Below are positions 45,657 to 55,304 of a stretch of 64,000 bases of DNA, piece by piece; the first letter of the stretch is position 1, and the number at the start of each line of letters is the position of its first letter. The DNA is taken from contig CAWDGJ010000002.1 of the NCBI GenBank assembly GCA_963801815.1, forward strand, positions 416,001 to 480,000, given 5' to 3'. Below the pieces are notes generated by a model, which saw only the letters and a program-made list of their open reading frames with translations, ran no database searches and had not been told where the DNA came from. The position numbers were made by a program, and so were the translations under genes. Source of the stretch: an uncultured Verrucomicrobiae bacterium (GTDB lineage Bacteria; Verrucomicrobiota; Verrucomicrobiia; Chthoniobacterales; UBA10450).

Positions 45657-48533
45657 ATGCGCCTGACAACGTTTCATCGCACGACCTTGTTGATTGCCGG
45701 CGTCGCGGTTGTGGTCGCAGCCTTGTGGTGGAAATGCGCACGCGATCCGGCGATCAACTTTTTGCCGTCGGATGCTCGCGCCGAATGGATTGTCTTTCCT
45801 AAACCTGCGGAAGCCGGTGCCCACAGGATCGCCACCATCGACACAGTTTTTCGACACGAACTTCAACTCGCCACTCGGCCGAACTGGGCACAATTGCAGT
45901 TCCGCGCTGCCCGCCGAATCGATTTGAAGATAAACGGAAAGCCCGTCGAGATTACCAGCGCCCAGAACTGGAAAGACGTCAATTCTGTCGATGTCACCGG
46001 ATTCTTGCAAAGCGACTCAAACAAAATTGAAGCACGCGTGTTCAACGACGATGCACCAGCGGCCCTTTGGCTTCGATTGACGGCCGACGGTCTACAACTG
46101 CGCAGCGACAGCAGCTGGGAAGCATCGCTCGCCGGATCAGCGTGGCGCCAGGCTGCACTCGCTTCAACGCCGAGATATCCGCAGCCCGGAAATCTTTTGG
46201 CCGGCGGCGAAACGACGTTCGAGGTGCTGCCAAAAATCTGGTTGATGTGGGCTGCGTTCATCGTCACGGCCGTCGCCGTTATGTTGTTAGGAACCCGTTT
46301 GATTGGAGCGATTTCAAAAAAAACAACAATTCAGTTGGCCGCAATCGCCAGCATCATGGCGATCGGATGGCTGGTCCTGTTCTGGAACAACACACACTTA
46401 TTGCCGTTCCACTGCGGCTACGATTACACCGACCACCTCGCATATATTAAGTACCTTCAGGAGCGCCGAGCGCTGGCGTTCCCGACCGAGAGCTTCGAAG
46501 CGTTTCAGGCGCCTCTCTATTACATCGTCTCGGCGACCGTGCTTTCGTTAGGCCGATTGACTGTAAACGATCCGGGGTCAATCGCCGTTCTGCGAACGTT
46601 GACAATGTGCTTCGGAATCGCGCACTTCGTGATCGTTCTCCTTTGCTTGCACCTGCTATTTCCGGACCGGCCTAAAACACAACTTGTCGGACTGCTGGTC
46701 GCGGCGTTTTTGCCGATGCAGTTATACCTGTCTCATTACGTCACGAACGAAACGCTGGCGGCTGCAATGGTGAGCGCGACGATTTATCTCGGGCTGCGAA
46801 TTTTGAAAGAGCCGCAAGCCTCGATTTGGCAATACGTCGCGCTCGGATTGTGCCTTGGCGCGGCAATGCTAACGAAAGCGACTGGGTTATTGCTAGTTCC
46901 CCCGCTCTTCGGCGCGCTGATTCTAAAAATGACGCACAACAAGGTTGCGCTGAGCGCTGCGGTGCAACGCATCGCGACAACGCTCATCGCCTTGTTTGCG
47001 ACATGCGGTTGGTATTACATTTGGATTTGGCGCCATTTTGGGAACCCGATTGTAGGAAACTGGGAACGCGCTCTTGGGTTCAACTGGTGGCAAGATCCCG
47101 GATTTCACACTGCCGCTCATTATCTTCGCTTCGGTCGTGCGCTGGTGAATCCACTCTTCAGCGGTTACAGCAGTTTCGCAGACGGAATTTATTCCACATT
47201 GTGGGGCGACGGACTCGGCGGCGGTTTGTCGGACATGCTGTCACGAACACCTTGGAACTACGACCTGATGGTAGGCGGTTACTGGCTCGCATTGATACCA
47301 ACTCTGCTGGTCGCTATCGGAGTCGTCGTCGCAACTTACCGGTTCGTTCGCCAACCAGCGGCGGAGTGGTTTCTCCTAATCGGTTTTTCGGCGGCAGTCT
47401 CGGTCGCTCTGGTGTTCATGACGTTAAGAGTCGCTTCTTACGCGCAGGTCAAAGCATTCTACGGACTCTCAATGCTGGTCCCGATTTGCGCGTTCGCTGC
47501 CGTCGGCTGGGAAAAAGTTGTGAGCACGTCACAAACACGACGTTTAATCCTCGGGGCATCGCTGCTCTTTTGGGCGCTGAATAGTTTTTCTTCTGTTTGG
47601 ATACGCGACTCCGCGAACACGCACCTCTACGCCGGTCGTCGGCTCCTACAAGATCATCGATTAGATGCCGCTGCGAATGAAGCGACAGAAGCGCTCACCA
47701 AGGTTGGTTCGAGTTCATCGGTCGAATGTTTTCTCGCGGCAATTCTGAAGCAGTCCGGCCGAACCGACCAGGCGATTGAGCATAGCACGCGCGGTCTTCA
47801 AATTGATTCGGGCAATGCGTTCTGCCGGCTTCAAAATGCCAGCACTCTCGCAGAGGGTAGCGACGTTGCGCAGGCAATGAGCATTGCACAACAAGTAGTC
47901 GACTCTGAACCGGAGAGTTTATCGGCATATGACCTCTGGTTCACGTGCGCGAGAAGACTTCGATCAACAGACAAAGCGATCGTGATTGCACGAGACGCGC
48001 TCGCGATTTCCCCATTTGATGCCGAATTTCATTATCGTTTGGGGCTGGCCGCCGGAGAAGTCGGTGATTTCTCGACTGCGGTGACGCAGTCGGCCTACGC
48101 CCTCCTGCTCCAACCCAACCGATCGGAAATTGAAAAAAAACTGCATCTTGCTCTGCTCTACGCCGCAAAAAGCGGCAACGCATCCGAGCAGCTGTCGGTA
48201 ATAACATCTTCGGCGCCCGATCTGCCGATATTACTCGACGAACTCGCCCGGATTCTTGCCACTGACCCAAATTCCGTGGTGCGTAACGGCGCAGAAGCGG
48301 TTCAATTGAGCGAACGCGCCTGTTTTTTGACGAACCGAACGCGCCCACAATTTCTGGCCACGCTGGCGGCTGCGTATGCTGAGAGCGGCAGATTCTCAGA
48401 CGGTCTGAACACTGCACAACAAGCCCTTTCGCTCGCTCGACTGGCGGGTGACACATCGACGTCCACCGTTGTGGAAAAAATGCTCGACGCATTCCGAAAC
48501 GGGCAGCCATATCGAGAGGAACCCATGCCATGA
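45657..48533 (+). CDS. GT-C fold (GT39/ArnT-like) membrane glycosyltransferase with N-terminal beta-sandwich and C-terminal TPRs
   Basis: 'YD..DH..YI', 'QAPLYY', 'TNETL', 'AMLTK'; many TM segments; TPR tail 'TLAAAYAESGRF'. Confidence 0.75.
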   Translation: MRLTTFHRTTLLIAGVAVVVAALWWKCARDPAINFLPSDARAEWIVFPKPAEAGAHRIATIDTVFRHELQLATRPNWAQLQFRAARRIDLKINGKPVEITSAQNWKDVNSVDVTGFLQSDSNKIEARVFNDDAPAALWLRLTADGLQLRSDSSWEASLAGSAWRQAALASTPRYPQPGNLLAGGETTFEVLPKIWLMWAAFIVTAVAVMLLGTRLIGAISKKTTIQLAAIASIMAIGWLVLFWNNTHLLPFHCGYDYTDHLAYIKYLQERRALAFPTESFEAFQAPLYYIVSATVLSLGRLTVNDPGSIAVLRTLTMCFGIAHFVIVLLCLHLLFPDRPKTQLVGLLVAAFLPMQLYLSHYVTNETLAAAMVSATIYLGLRILKEPQASIWQYVALGLCLGAAMLTKATGLLLVPPLFGALILKMTHNKVALSAAVQRIATTLIALFATCGWYYIWIWRHFGNPIVGNWERALGFNWWQDPGFHTAAHYLRFGRALVNPLFSGYSSFADGIYSTLWGDGLGGGLSDMLSRTPWNYDLMVGGYWLALIPTLLVAIGVVVATYRFVRQPAAEWFLLIGFSAAVSVALVFMTLRVASYAQVKAFYGLSMLVPICAFAAVGWEKVVSTSQTRRLILGASLLFWALNSFSSVWIRDSANTHLYAGRRLLQDHRLDAAANEATEALTKVGSSSSVECFLAAILKQSGRTDQAIEHSTRGLQIDSGNAFCRLQNASTLAEGSDVAQAMSIAQQVVDSEPESLSAYDLWFTCARRLRSTDKAIVIARDALAISPFDAEFHYRLGLAAGEVGDFSTAVTQSAYALLLQPNRSEIEKKLHLALLYAAKSGNASEQLSVITSSAPDLPILLDELARILATDPNSVVRNGAEAVQLSERACFLTNRTRPQFLATLAAAYAESGRFSDGLNTAQQALSLARLAGDTSTSTVVEKMLDAFRNGQPYREEPMP

Positions 48534-49228
48534 AAGTCTCCGGAAGCAGAACCGAACTCGACGCCATGATCGTCGGAATCGAGCTCACCCTGGTCAGCAT
48601 TATTCAAGGGGTTGCGCTCACCGTTTTGATCGACAACTCCCGGGAAGTGATCACGGAACTGAAGTTCATTTACTGGCCGTATGTGCTCGCTGGTCTGCTG
48701 GTGATTTTCATTTTTTGGTCACGCGCAGTTTTGCATATCATCACCTTGATTCGCTGGCCGCTTGAGTTTGGACACAACTTTCTCTACATAGGCTGCGCAC
48801 TGGTTGAAGCCGTGTCGTTCGCGCAGCTGTCCAAGCCCGCCAACTGGTTTGGGTTTGGCGCCGCTTTCATCGCGGCGGGGTGGGTCTTGTTTTTCTACGA
48901 TCTCCACCTGATTCATGCGCGCCAGCGCGACAGCGGTGGTCAGGCCGGTAATCATTTATATGCGCGCGTGCGACGCGATCAGTTGCTCAATCTCGTCTTC
49001 CTACTTCCTGGCGTCTTTGTGCTCAATGTCGTTTGTGCTGTCGCCATTGAAGCATGGCCGGACATTTTTCAAACCCACGGCGCGCACATTTGGCTCGTTG
49101 CAATTCAGCTCATCGGCTTCGCAGGTTATTTGATCTACGTTGTGCGCTTCTACGTCAATCTTGCGCCGTTGATCGCTGAGGCCCATCGCGAATGGCACGG
49201 CAGGACTAACGATCGTGATCAGTCCTGA
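48530..49228 (+). CDS. Hypothetical 6-7 TM membrane protein
   Basis: ATGA overlap with the upstream gene; hydrophobic; 'IRWPLEFGHNFLY'. Confidence 0.7.
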   Translation: MKVSGSRTELDAMIVGIELTLVSIIQGVALTVLIDNSREVITELKFIYWPYVLAGLLVIFIFWSRAVLHIITLIRWPLEFGHNFLYIGCALVEAVSFAQLSKPANWFGFGAAFIAAGWVLFFYDLHLIHARQRDSGGQAGNHLYARVRRDQLLNLVFLLPGVFVLNVVCAVAIEAWPDIFQTHGAHIWLVAIQLIGFAGYLIYVVRFYVNLAPLIAEAHREWHGRTNDRDQS

Positions 49229-49320
49229 ACCGACAAAGCCTTCCTACAAGTCGCTCAGCGCCTAAAACTGGAGCGCCTTACTCGCCAACTGCGTAGGCAG
49301 GTGCAATTGTCGAGTCGACC

Positions 49321-50661
49321 ATGGACAAAGCGGCCGATATGACTGCACTGGATTCCCTAAAACCTCCGGTGACAGTTGGTTTTCTTACCGCCTGCGGAAT
49401 CGTGATCGCGAACATCATCGGCACTGGTGTCTTCACCAGTCTCGGATTCCAGGTTGCTGATATTCAATCGGGTTTTGCTCTACTGATGCTTTGGATCGTC
49501 GGCGGCCTCGCTGCGCTCTGCGGCGCGCTTTGTTATGGCGAGCTAAGTGCCGCGCTTCCGCGGTCTGGTGGCGAATATCATTTCCTGTCCGAGATTTATC
49601 ATCCCGCGTTGGGATTCATGGCGGGCTTCATTTCCGCCACGGTCGGTTTCGCCGCGCCAGTAGCGCTCGCGGCCATGGCCTTCGGAAGATATTTCGCCGG
49701 CGTTTTCAATTTTGGTTCACCGGTCGTGCTTTCCTTCGTCCTGGTCTGGATTGTTGGCCTTTTTCATTTTGGAAATCTTCGTCGCGGCAGCGCGTTTCAA
49801 AACTTGTGGACCATCGTCAAGCTGCTCTTGATTGCCACGCTCATTGTCGCTGGGTTCCTGGTTCGACCAAGACAGCCAATCGATTTTCTTCCCCACGCTG
49901 GAGACACGATCTCGATATTCAGCGGTGCATTCGCTGTTTCACTTGTTTACGTCATGTATTCCTATTCCGGTTGGAACGCATCGAGTTACATCATCAGCGA
50001 AGTGAAGCAACCGGAGCGAAATGTTCCGCGCTCATTGATCGCCGGGACGCTTATCGTGATTGTCGCCTACGTTCTCCTGAATGGAATTTTTCTCGCCACC
50101 ACGCCCGAATCCGAAATGCGTGGCCAGCTCGAAATTGGATTAATTGCCGGGAAACACATTTTCGGCGGCAACGGCGGCCGCGTGGTCGGAGCGATCATTT
50201 GCCTTGGATTAATCTCTGCGGTCAGCTCGATGACCTGGATCGGCCCACGCGTGACGATGTCGATGGGGGAAGACCACTGGCTGCTCCGATTTCTCGGACG
50301 CAAGAACTCTTACGGAGTTCCGGCCAACGCCGTAGCCGTTCAGCTACTAATCGTGAATCTACTTTTGCTGACGCGCAGCTTCGAGCTGGTCGTGGTCTAT
50401 ATTCAATTTGCGCTCCTGCTTTGTTCACTCCTCACTGTAGTTGGATTGTTCGTGCTTCGCGTTACTCGCCCGAATATTCCGCGCCCTTATCGCGTCTGGC
50501 TTTACCCAATGCCGCCACTCATTTTCGCTGCCATCACTGTTTGGATGATGATTTACCTTCTCCGGTCGAAAACAACCGAATCTATCGCCGGGCTCGTTAC
50601 TGCAATGGTCGGGTTCCTGCTTTACTTCTGCGCCGGCAAACGCGCCAGTCCTCGCCAATGA
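49321..50661 (+). CDS. APC-family amino acid permease
   Basis: IIGTGVF, YGELSAALPRSGGEY, YSYSGWN, RPYRVWLYP. Confidence 0.9.
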   Translation: MDKAADMTALDSLKPPVTVGFLTACGIVIANIIGTGVFTSLGFQVADIQSGFALLMLWIVGGLAALCGALCYGELSAALPRSGGEYHFLSEIYHPALGFMAGFISATVGFAAPVALAAMAFGRYFAGVFNFGSPVVLSFVLVWIVGLFHFGNLRRGSAFQNLWTIVKLLLIATLIVAGFLVRPRQPIDFLPHAGDTISIFSGAFAVSLVYVMYSYSGWNASSYIISEVKQPERNVPRSLIAGTLIVIVAYVLLNGIFLATTPESEMRGQLEIGLIAGKHIFGGNGGRVVGAIICLGLISAVSSMTWIGPRVTMSMGEDHWLLRFLGRKNSYGVPANAVAVQLLIVNLLLLTRSFELVVVYIQFALLLCSLLTVVGLFVLRVTRPNIPRPYRVWLYPMPPLIFAAITVWMMIYLLRSKTTESIAGLVTAMVGFLLYFCAGKRASPRQ

Positions 50662-51839
50662 AAAACTTCCCTGTCGCAAAAATCAGTGTCGCGACATTGT
50701 CGGTCTTCGGTCTGCTTCTGACTACCGCGACGGCTATGAAATGGCCATGGCAGTCTGACACTCCGACACCGGCGCCGGCTATCGCGCCACCACAAAATGC
50801 CCAGCCGGAGCAATTAGCCGGACCGCCGCCGCCCGACGAAACCGCGCGTTTCCTTGCCGGGATGCCAATTTCAAAAAATTCGCCGCTAGCGCCGCTTACG
50901 AACGATCCCGCGTGGCAGGAACACGCGGCGAATTTCGAAAAAGCCTTTGCAAAACTGAACACACGCCAGCTCGCAAAACTCCACGCCTGGGAAGATCAAT
51001 ATTTTGCTGAAGCGCGCGAACACATTCCGGTCGCCTATTACATGTTCAGCGGCCCCGATTTCCTTTACGTCGACCAATTTTTTCCGAAAGCCGACGTCTT
51101 CATTTTATGCGGGAAAGAAGCACTTGGGCCGCCGCCGGACCCGCTTCGCGCCGGGAACCTCGCGAGCGCTCTGCACAATCTCGAGGATGCGATGAACTCC
51201 TCGCTTCGCTTCAGCTTTTTCATCACCAAAGATATGAAGGTGGACCTACAGTCGCAGGAACTGAGAGGAACGATCCCGATCCTCTATGTCTTTCTGGCGC
51301 GCGCCGACAAATCGATCAGGGACGTCACCTATGGCTCGCTCGATTCAGCCGGCAACTTCCAACAGTCACGAGGTGGGAGCGGCGGCACGCCCGGCGTTCG
51401 CATCCAATACATCGACAATCACACCCACGACCAGCAAACGCTGTATTATTTCACGACCGACATTTCTGACGGCGGAATTTCCTCATCACCAGGGTTTCTA
51501 CGATTTTGCGACCACTTCGGCATCGGAGGAAGTTTTCTGAAGGCATCTTCCTATTTAATGTTCGAAAACGGCTTCAACCGGATTCGTAACTTCATCGTGG
51601 ATCACAGCAAGACCATCGTTCAGGACGATGCCGGTATTCCGCTGGATTATTTGGACCGCGACAAATGGAACATTCGCGTTTTCGGGAATTACATCGGACC
51701 AATCGAGATTTTTAGACAACACAATCAGCCGAAACTGGCGGCGCTGTACCAAGAAAGCGCGCCGCCGCCACTCGATTTCAATTTTGGCTATCGCTGGAAC
51801 CACACTGAGAGCAACCTCATCGTCGCGACGCGGCTTTGA
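50658..51839 (+). CDS. Secreted conserved hypothetical protein
   Basis: ATGA overlap with the permease stop; signal peptide; 'YMFSGPDFLY', 'SFFITKDM', 'KASSYLM'. Confidence 0.75.
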   Translation: MKNFPVAKISVATLSVFGLLLTTATAMKWPWQSDTPTPAPAIAPPQNAQPEQLAGPPPPDETARFLAGMPISKNSPLAPLTNDPAWQEHAANFEKAFAKLNTRQLAKLHAWEDQYFAEAREHIPVAYYMFSGPDFLYVDQFFPKADVFILCGKEALGPPPDPLRAGNLASALHNLEDAMNSSLRFSFFITKDMKVDLQSQELRGTIPILYVFLARADKSIRDVTYGSLDSAGNFQQSRGGSGGTPGVRIQYIDNHTHDQQTLYYFTTDISDGGISSSPGFLRFCDHFGIGGSFLKASSYLMFENGFNRIRNFIVDHSKTIVQDDAGIPLDYLDRDKWNIRVFGNYIGPIEIFRQHNQPKLAALYQESAPPPLDFNFGYRWNHTESNLIVATRL

Positions 51840-51840
51840 G

Positions 51841-52992
51841 TTATTCCTGGAACCGGCGGAACCAGGAATACGGAAACACATCGCCGGGACAATCGGTCGG
51901 CCAGCGCGGCGGATTTATTTCACGGTGCGGTTTCACGATCGGATAATGGTCGCCGACTTTTCCGCAGCGTTGCCGGAGATAACGGATCAATTCTTCGCAG
52001 CAATCGAGTTGCGCGCGAGTCGGCTGGTCGCGATTAAAATCGCCGACCAGGCAAATGCCCAGCGCGATGTTGTTTAAATAGTCGCTGTGAACGTGGCCGC
52101 CGTTAATTTGCCGACGCCACCGATCACCGATTTCTACCTGACCGTTGCCGGTCGACGTGCCGTTGCCGATCACGAAATGGTAAGCGAGCCCGTTTTGCAT
52201 CCTCCGAAAATGTCGATGGTAATAATCGAAGGCGGCCGCGTTCCCCTGACGCGTTCCGCTGTTGTGGACGACGATATATTGCCAGCGGCCGCGTGTGACT
52301 GGCGCACGATCGATCTGAGCGCGTACCGAGCTGGTCAGGTAACGATAGCCTGCGCCACTGCTGCTGCTTCCTCCGCCGCCAAATAATCGTGCCCAAAAAC
52401 CTTTCGGCTTCTCGTAACCGTATTTTTCGATTGTCAGTTGTTCGGGCTCTTCAACAGGCGCAGCTAGGGCGGATTTAGCTCTGGGAACCGGTGGCGGCGG
52501 CGCAGCCGGACTCGGAACGGCCACGGCGCGCGGCGGTGTGCCCGTTGCCCGCGCTTCCGGAGTTTCCGAAGGCTTTGGTGAAGCTTTCTTTTTGCGACTC
52601 GACGACGGGGCTTTTCCCGACGTTGCTTTCTTTTTCTTCTTTCCTTTTGGCGACGGCTCGTTGGTTGGAGATTTCTTCGCCTTGGGTTTTGGCGTCGCTT
52701 CCGGGGTTTCACTCGGTTTGGGCGATCTTTCCGATTCCTCCGCCGGAGTTTTCTTTGGTTTCGCCTTTTTCTTTGCTGACGGAGAGGCTGATGCCGCTTT
52801 CTTTTTCTTGCCGGGCGATGTCTTCAGTTTCGGCGTTGGAGTCGGCGTTTTTTCGCTCGCCACAGAATCAACCGCGCGCGCTTTCAGGATCGGTTTTCCT
52901 TCGTCTGTTGTTTGTTGTGCTTCAGAGACGAAGACGGCAATGAGCGCGCTGAACGCGAAGAAAGTTGTCAACCAGACGCGCAAACGAAACAC
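51841..52992 (-). CDS. N-acetylmuramoyl-L-alanine amidase (Amidase_2/PGRP-like) with Lys/Pro-rich linker
   Basis: IVVHNSG, YHFVIGNG, GGH, GICLVGDF, HRE, TDCPG. Confidence 0.85.
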   Translation of the reverse strand: MFRLRVWLTTFFAFSALIAVFVSEAQQTTDEGKPILKARAVDSVASEKTPTPTPKLKTSPGKKKKAASASPSAKKKAKPKKTPAEESERSPKPSETPEATPKPKAKKSPTNEPSPKGKKKKKATSGKAPSSSRKKKASPKPSETPEARATGTPPRAVAVPSPAAPPPPVPRAKSALAAPVEEPEQLTIEKYGYEKPKGFWARLFGGGGSSSSGAGYRYLTSSVRAQIDRAPVTRGRWQYIVVHNSGTRQGNAAAFDYYHRHFRRMQNGLAYHFVIGNGTSTGNGQVEIGDRWRRQINGGHVHSDYLNNIALGICLVGDFNRDQPTRAQLDCCEELIRYLRQRCGKVGDHYPIVKPHREINPPRWPTDCPGDVFPYSWFRRFQE

Positions 52993-53052
52993 CGAGCGCA
53001 GCGTAACAGAGTGTTTGGCGCGATCAACCCGCGATGAAAATCAAAAACCAGT

Positions 53053-53976
53053 TCACGCAGGCAGCGCGCTGCCCGGGGCCGGCTCGTTTTTCACTTGGCC
53101 TTCGCGTTCGCGACGAAGAATCGCGTTCAATTTCCCGCCAAGCAGCAAGAACAAACAGGTGAGATACATCCACGTCAGCAAAATGATTATCGATGCCAGG
53201 GCGAGGTATGTCGCATCGTAACGGCTGTAGCGCGCGACGTAGAGCTGAAACAATTTCGTGACCGTTATCCAGCCAATCGAAAAAAAGACAGCCCCTGGAA
53301 GTGCTTGCCGGATCGTCAGGTAGTTTTCAGGTGTCAGTAGATACAAGACAAGCGCAAGACCGATCAACGCTACCAATGTGAGCGGAAGGTTTAAGTAAGT
53401 GACCCACACCTGAAGCGGAACTTTTAGTTGAAAATTTACCTCCGCGACACCGGCAAGCGTTTCGCCGAACACGATGGCGTTAAAACAAACTAGAATCACG
53501 ATTCCAAACCAGAACAAGAGCAGGAATGAAATGACGTACTTTGACCACCAATTGCGCGGTTCGGTCACGCCATAAGTGTGACTCAACGCCTTCGAGATCG
53601 TCGCGATGAAAACGGTACCGCAATAAATTCCGAGCAGAATTCCAGCGTTGGCAATGAATCCGCTCGAGCCGGTCACCACCACGCTCGCGGCCGCGGCGTC
53701 CAGAATGTCCTGGACCTTGGGATCGGGCGGCAAAAAACTCTTTAGAACGCCGAATATCCCATGGAGCCTGGCGGGATCGGTTCCAAACAAGCCAAGCAAA
53801 TGCCAGAGGAACAGCAACACGGGCGCGAGCGCAATCAAGAGCGTGTAAGCCATTTGAGCTGCCAGACCGGTCGTATGGTCGGTCGCGGTTTCCCAGACTA
53901 ATTGCCGAAGAACCCGCCAGGTTGCCCGCAAGAATTTCACAGCGACAAGTTTACTTTGCCGACTGGAAATATCCAT
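53053..53976 (-). CDS. YihY/BrkB family membrane protein
   Basis: 'AAQMAY', 'LPGAVF', 'LTWMYL..LLLGGKLN'. Confidence 0.85.
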   Translation of the reverse strand: MDISSRQSKLVAVKFLRATWRVLRQLVWETATDHTTGLAAQMAYTLLIALAPVLLFLWHLLGLFGTDPARLHGIFGVLKSFLPPDPKVQDILDAAAASVVVTGSSGFIANAGILLGIYCGTVFIATISKALSHTYGVTEPRNWWSKYVISFLLLFWFGIVILVCFNAIVFGETLAGVAEVNFQLKVPLQVWVTYLNLPLTLVALIGLALVLYLLTPENYLTIRQALPGAVFFSIGWITVTKLFQLYVARYSRYDATYLALASIIILLTWMYLTCLFLLLGGKLNAILRREREGQVKNEPAPGSALPA

Positions 53977-53992
53977 TAAAGTTCCGGCGCGT

Positions 53993-54056
53993 TGTAGCCG
54001 CCCCGCTCTGTCGGAGCGAATTCTCCAACACACGACAACACAGCGCCGTGGCTACA
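53993..54056. repeat. GTAG REP doublet (REPIN-like)
   Basis: TGTAGCCGCCCCGCTCTGTCGGAGCG ... CACAGCGCCGTGGCTACA with inverted GTAG tags. Confidence 0.7.
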
Positions 54057-54078
54057 AGATTTTCGCGCCCAAAGAACC

Positions 54079-55158
54079 ATGAAAAGAATCCTGATCCTTA
54101 CCGCCGGCTTTGGTGAGGGTCACAATAGTGCCGCCCGCGGAGTTCGCGCCGGCCTGGCCCGCGTCGCGCCGCAAGTTGAAGTCGAACTTCGGGACCTATT
54201 CCCGGAAACATTTGGCGTGTTCAACGAAATCGTCCGGCGTGCTTATCTCACGCTGATCAATCGCTCGCCGAAATCGTGGGGCTATGTTTACAACTGGCTC
54301 GATGGAATAAAGAATTTTGACGAGCGATTCCACCGATTTCGTCGACTCAAGAAAAATCTCGGCATCCTGCTTGATCGCTTTCAACCCGACGCCGTCGTTT
54401 CCACGTTTCCTCCTTACCCCTATTTGGTTCAGCAAATTCTGGGTAACGGTCGCCGCTGTAAAAACATCGCTATCGTCACAGATTCCATCACAGTCAACGC
54501 GATCTGGTATCGCTCGCCGGCCGATTTTTTTCTCGTGGCCAACGAACAAAGTGCCAGCGTCGTGCGCGATGGCGGCGTCTCGACGGAAAGAATCAAAGTG
54601 TACGGCTTTCCCGTTAGTCCGCGCTTCGCCGACTTTGCCAAAGACCGGCAATCGCCGGCTGAAATCACGCCACGTGTGCTCTATGTCATCAACGCAGGAA
54701 CAAGCCGCGCCGCCGGTCTTGTTCGAAGCCTCCTTCGGTTCGACATTCAATTAACCGTCACAGTCGGCCGTAATGAAAGACTTGGACGCGCCATCGCACA
54801 CGCAGCAGGCGATCGCAGGATCGACATCTTCGGCTGGACCGACGAGATGCCACGGTTGCTTTGCGAGCACCACGTGCTTATTGGCAAAGCCGGCGGCGCA
54901 ACTGTGCAGGAAACTATCGCCGCCGCGTGTCCAATGATCATCAATCACGTTGTTTCCGGTCAGGAAGAAGGCAACGCCCGACTGATTGTCGAAACTGACT
55001 CGGGCGCGATCGCGCACTCGAACAACGAAGTCGTGGCGCAGGTAGAGCAAGTTTTCGCAAAGAACGCCCAACAATGGCGCGAATGGTCGGCGAACATCAC
55101 TAAACTTAGCCGCCCGCGAGCCTCACTCGATATCGCGGAGTTTTTGTTATCGCTCTAA
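54079..55158 (+). CDS. MGDG synthase/UgtP-like glycosyltransferase (GT28)
   Basis: GFGEGHNSAA, GFPV, GKAGGATV.E, GQEEGNA. Confidence 0.85.
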   Translation: MKRILILTAGFGEGHNSAARGVRAGLARVAPQVEVELRDLFPETFGVFNEIVRRAYLTLINRSPKSWGYVYNWLDGIKNFDERFHRFRRLKKNLGILLDRFQPDAVVSTFPPYPYLVQQILGNGRRCKNIAIVTDSITVNAIWYRSPADFFLVANEQSASVVRDGGVSTERIKVYGFPVSPRFADFAKDRQSPAEITPRVLYVINAGTSRAAGLVRSLLRFDIQLTVTVGRNERLGRAIAHAAGDRRIDIFGWTDEMPRLLCEHHVLIGKAGGATVQETIAAACPMIINHVVSGQEEGNARLIVETDSGAIAHSNNEVVAQVEQVFAKNAQQWREWSANITKLSRPRASLDIAEFLLSL

Positions 55159-55164
55159 ACGTTT

Positions 55165-55274
55165 GTCATTCCGAGCGTAAGCGAGGAATCTCTCACAGAC
55201 TTCGCTGATCACACATAGTAAGAGGTGTGACGCAAACTTCGCAGGTGGAATCCCTCGCTTACGCTCGGGACGAC
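55165..55274. repeat. GTC-tagged palindromic element, copy 2 (110 bp)
   Basis: Arms GTCATTCCGAGCGTAAGCGAGGAATC and GAATCCCTCGCTTACGCTCGGGACGAC. Confidence 0.8.
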
Positions 55275-55304
55275 ACGAAGGAGACCGACGACTCGTACGG
55301 AACG

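Noticed and set aside
49491..50657. N-terminal 389 codons of the 782-aa ORF overlapping the APC permease
   Set aside because: Arg/Ser-rich shadow frame of a hydrophobic gene, where stops are rare because few codons start with AA, AG or GA. The real gene begins at the ATGA junction (50658) with a signal peptide.
45627..51839. Genomic island integrated at tRNA-Arg
   Set aside because: No integrase, and I did not find a duplicated tRNA 3' end downstream.
52538..53221. 227-aa Phe/Gly-rich plus-strand ORF
   Set aside because: Antisense of the Lys/Pro-rich amidase linker.
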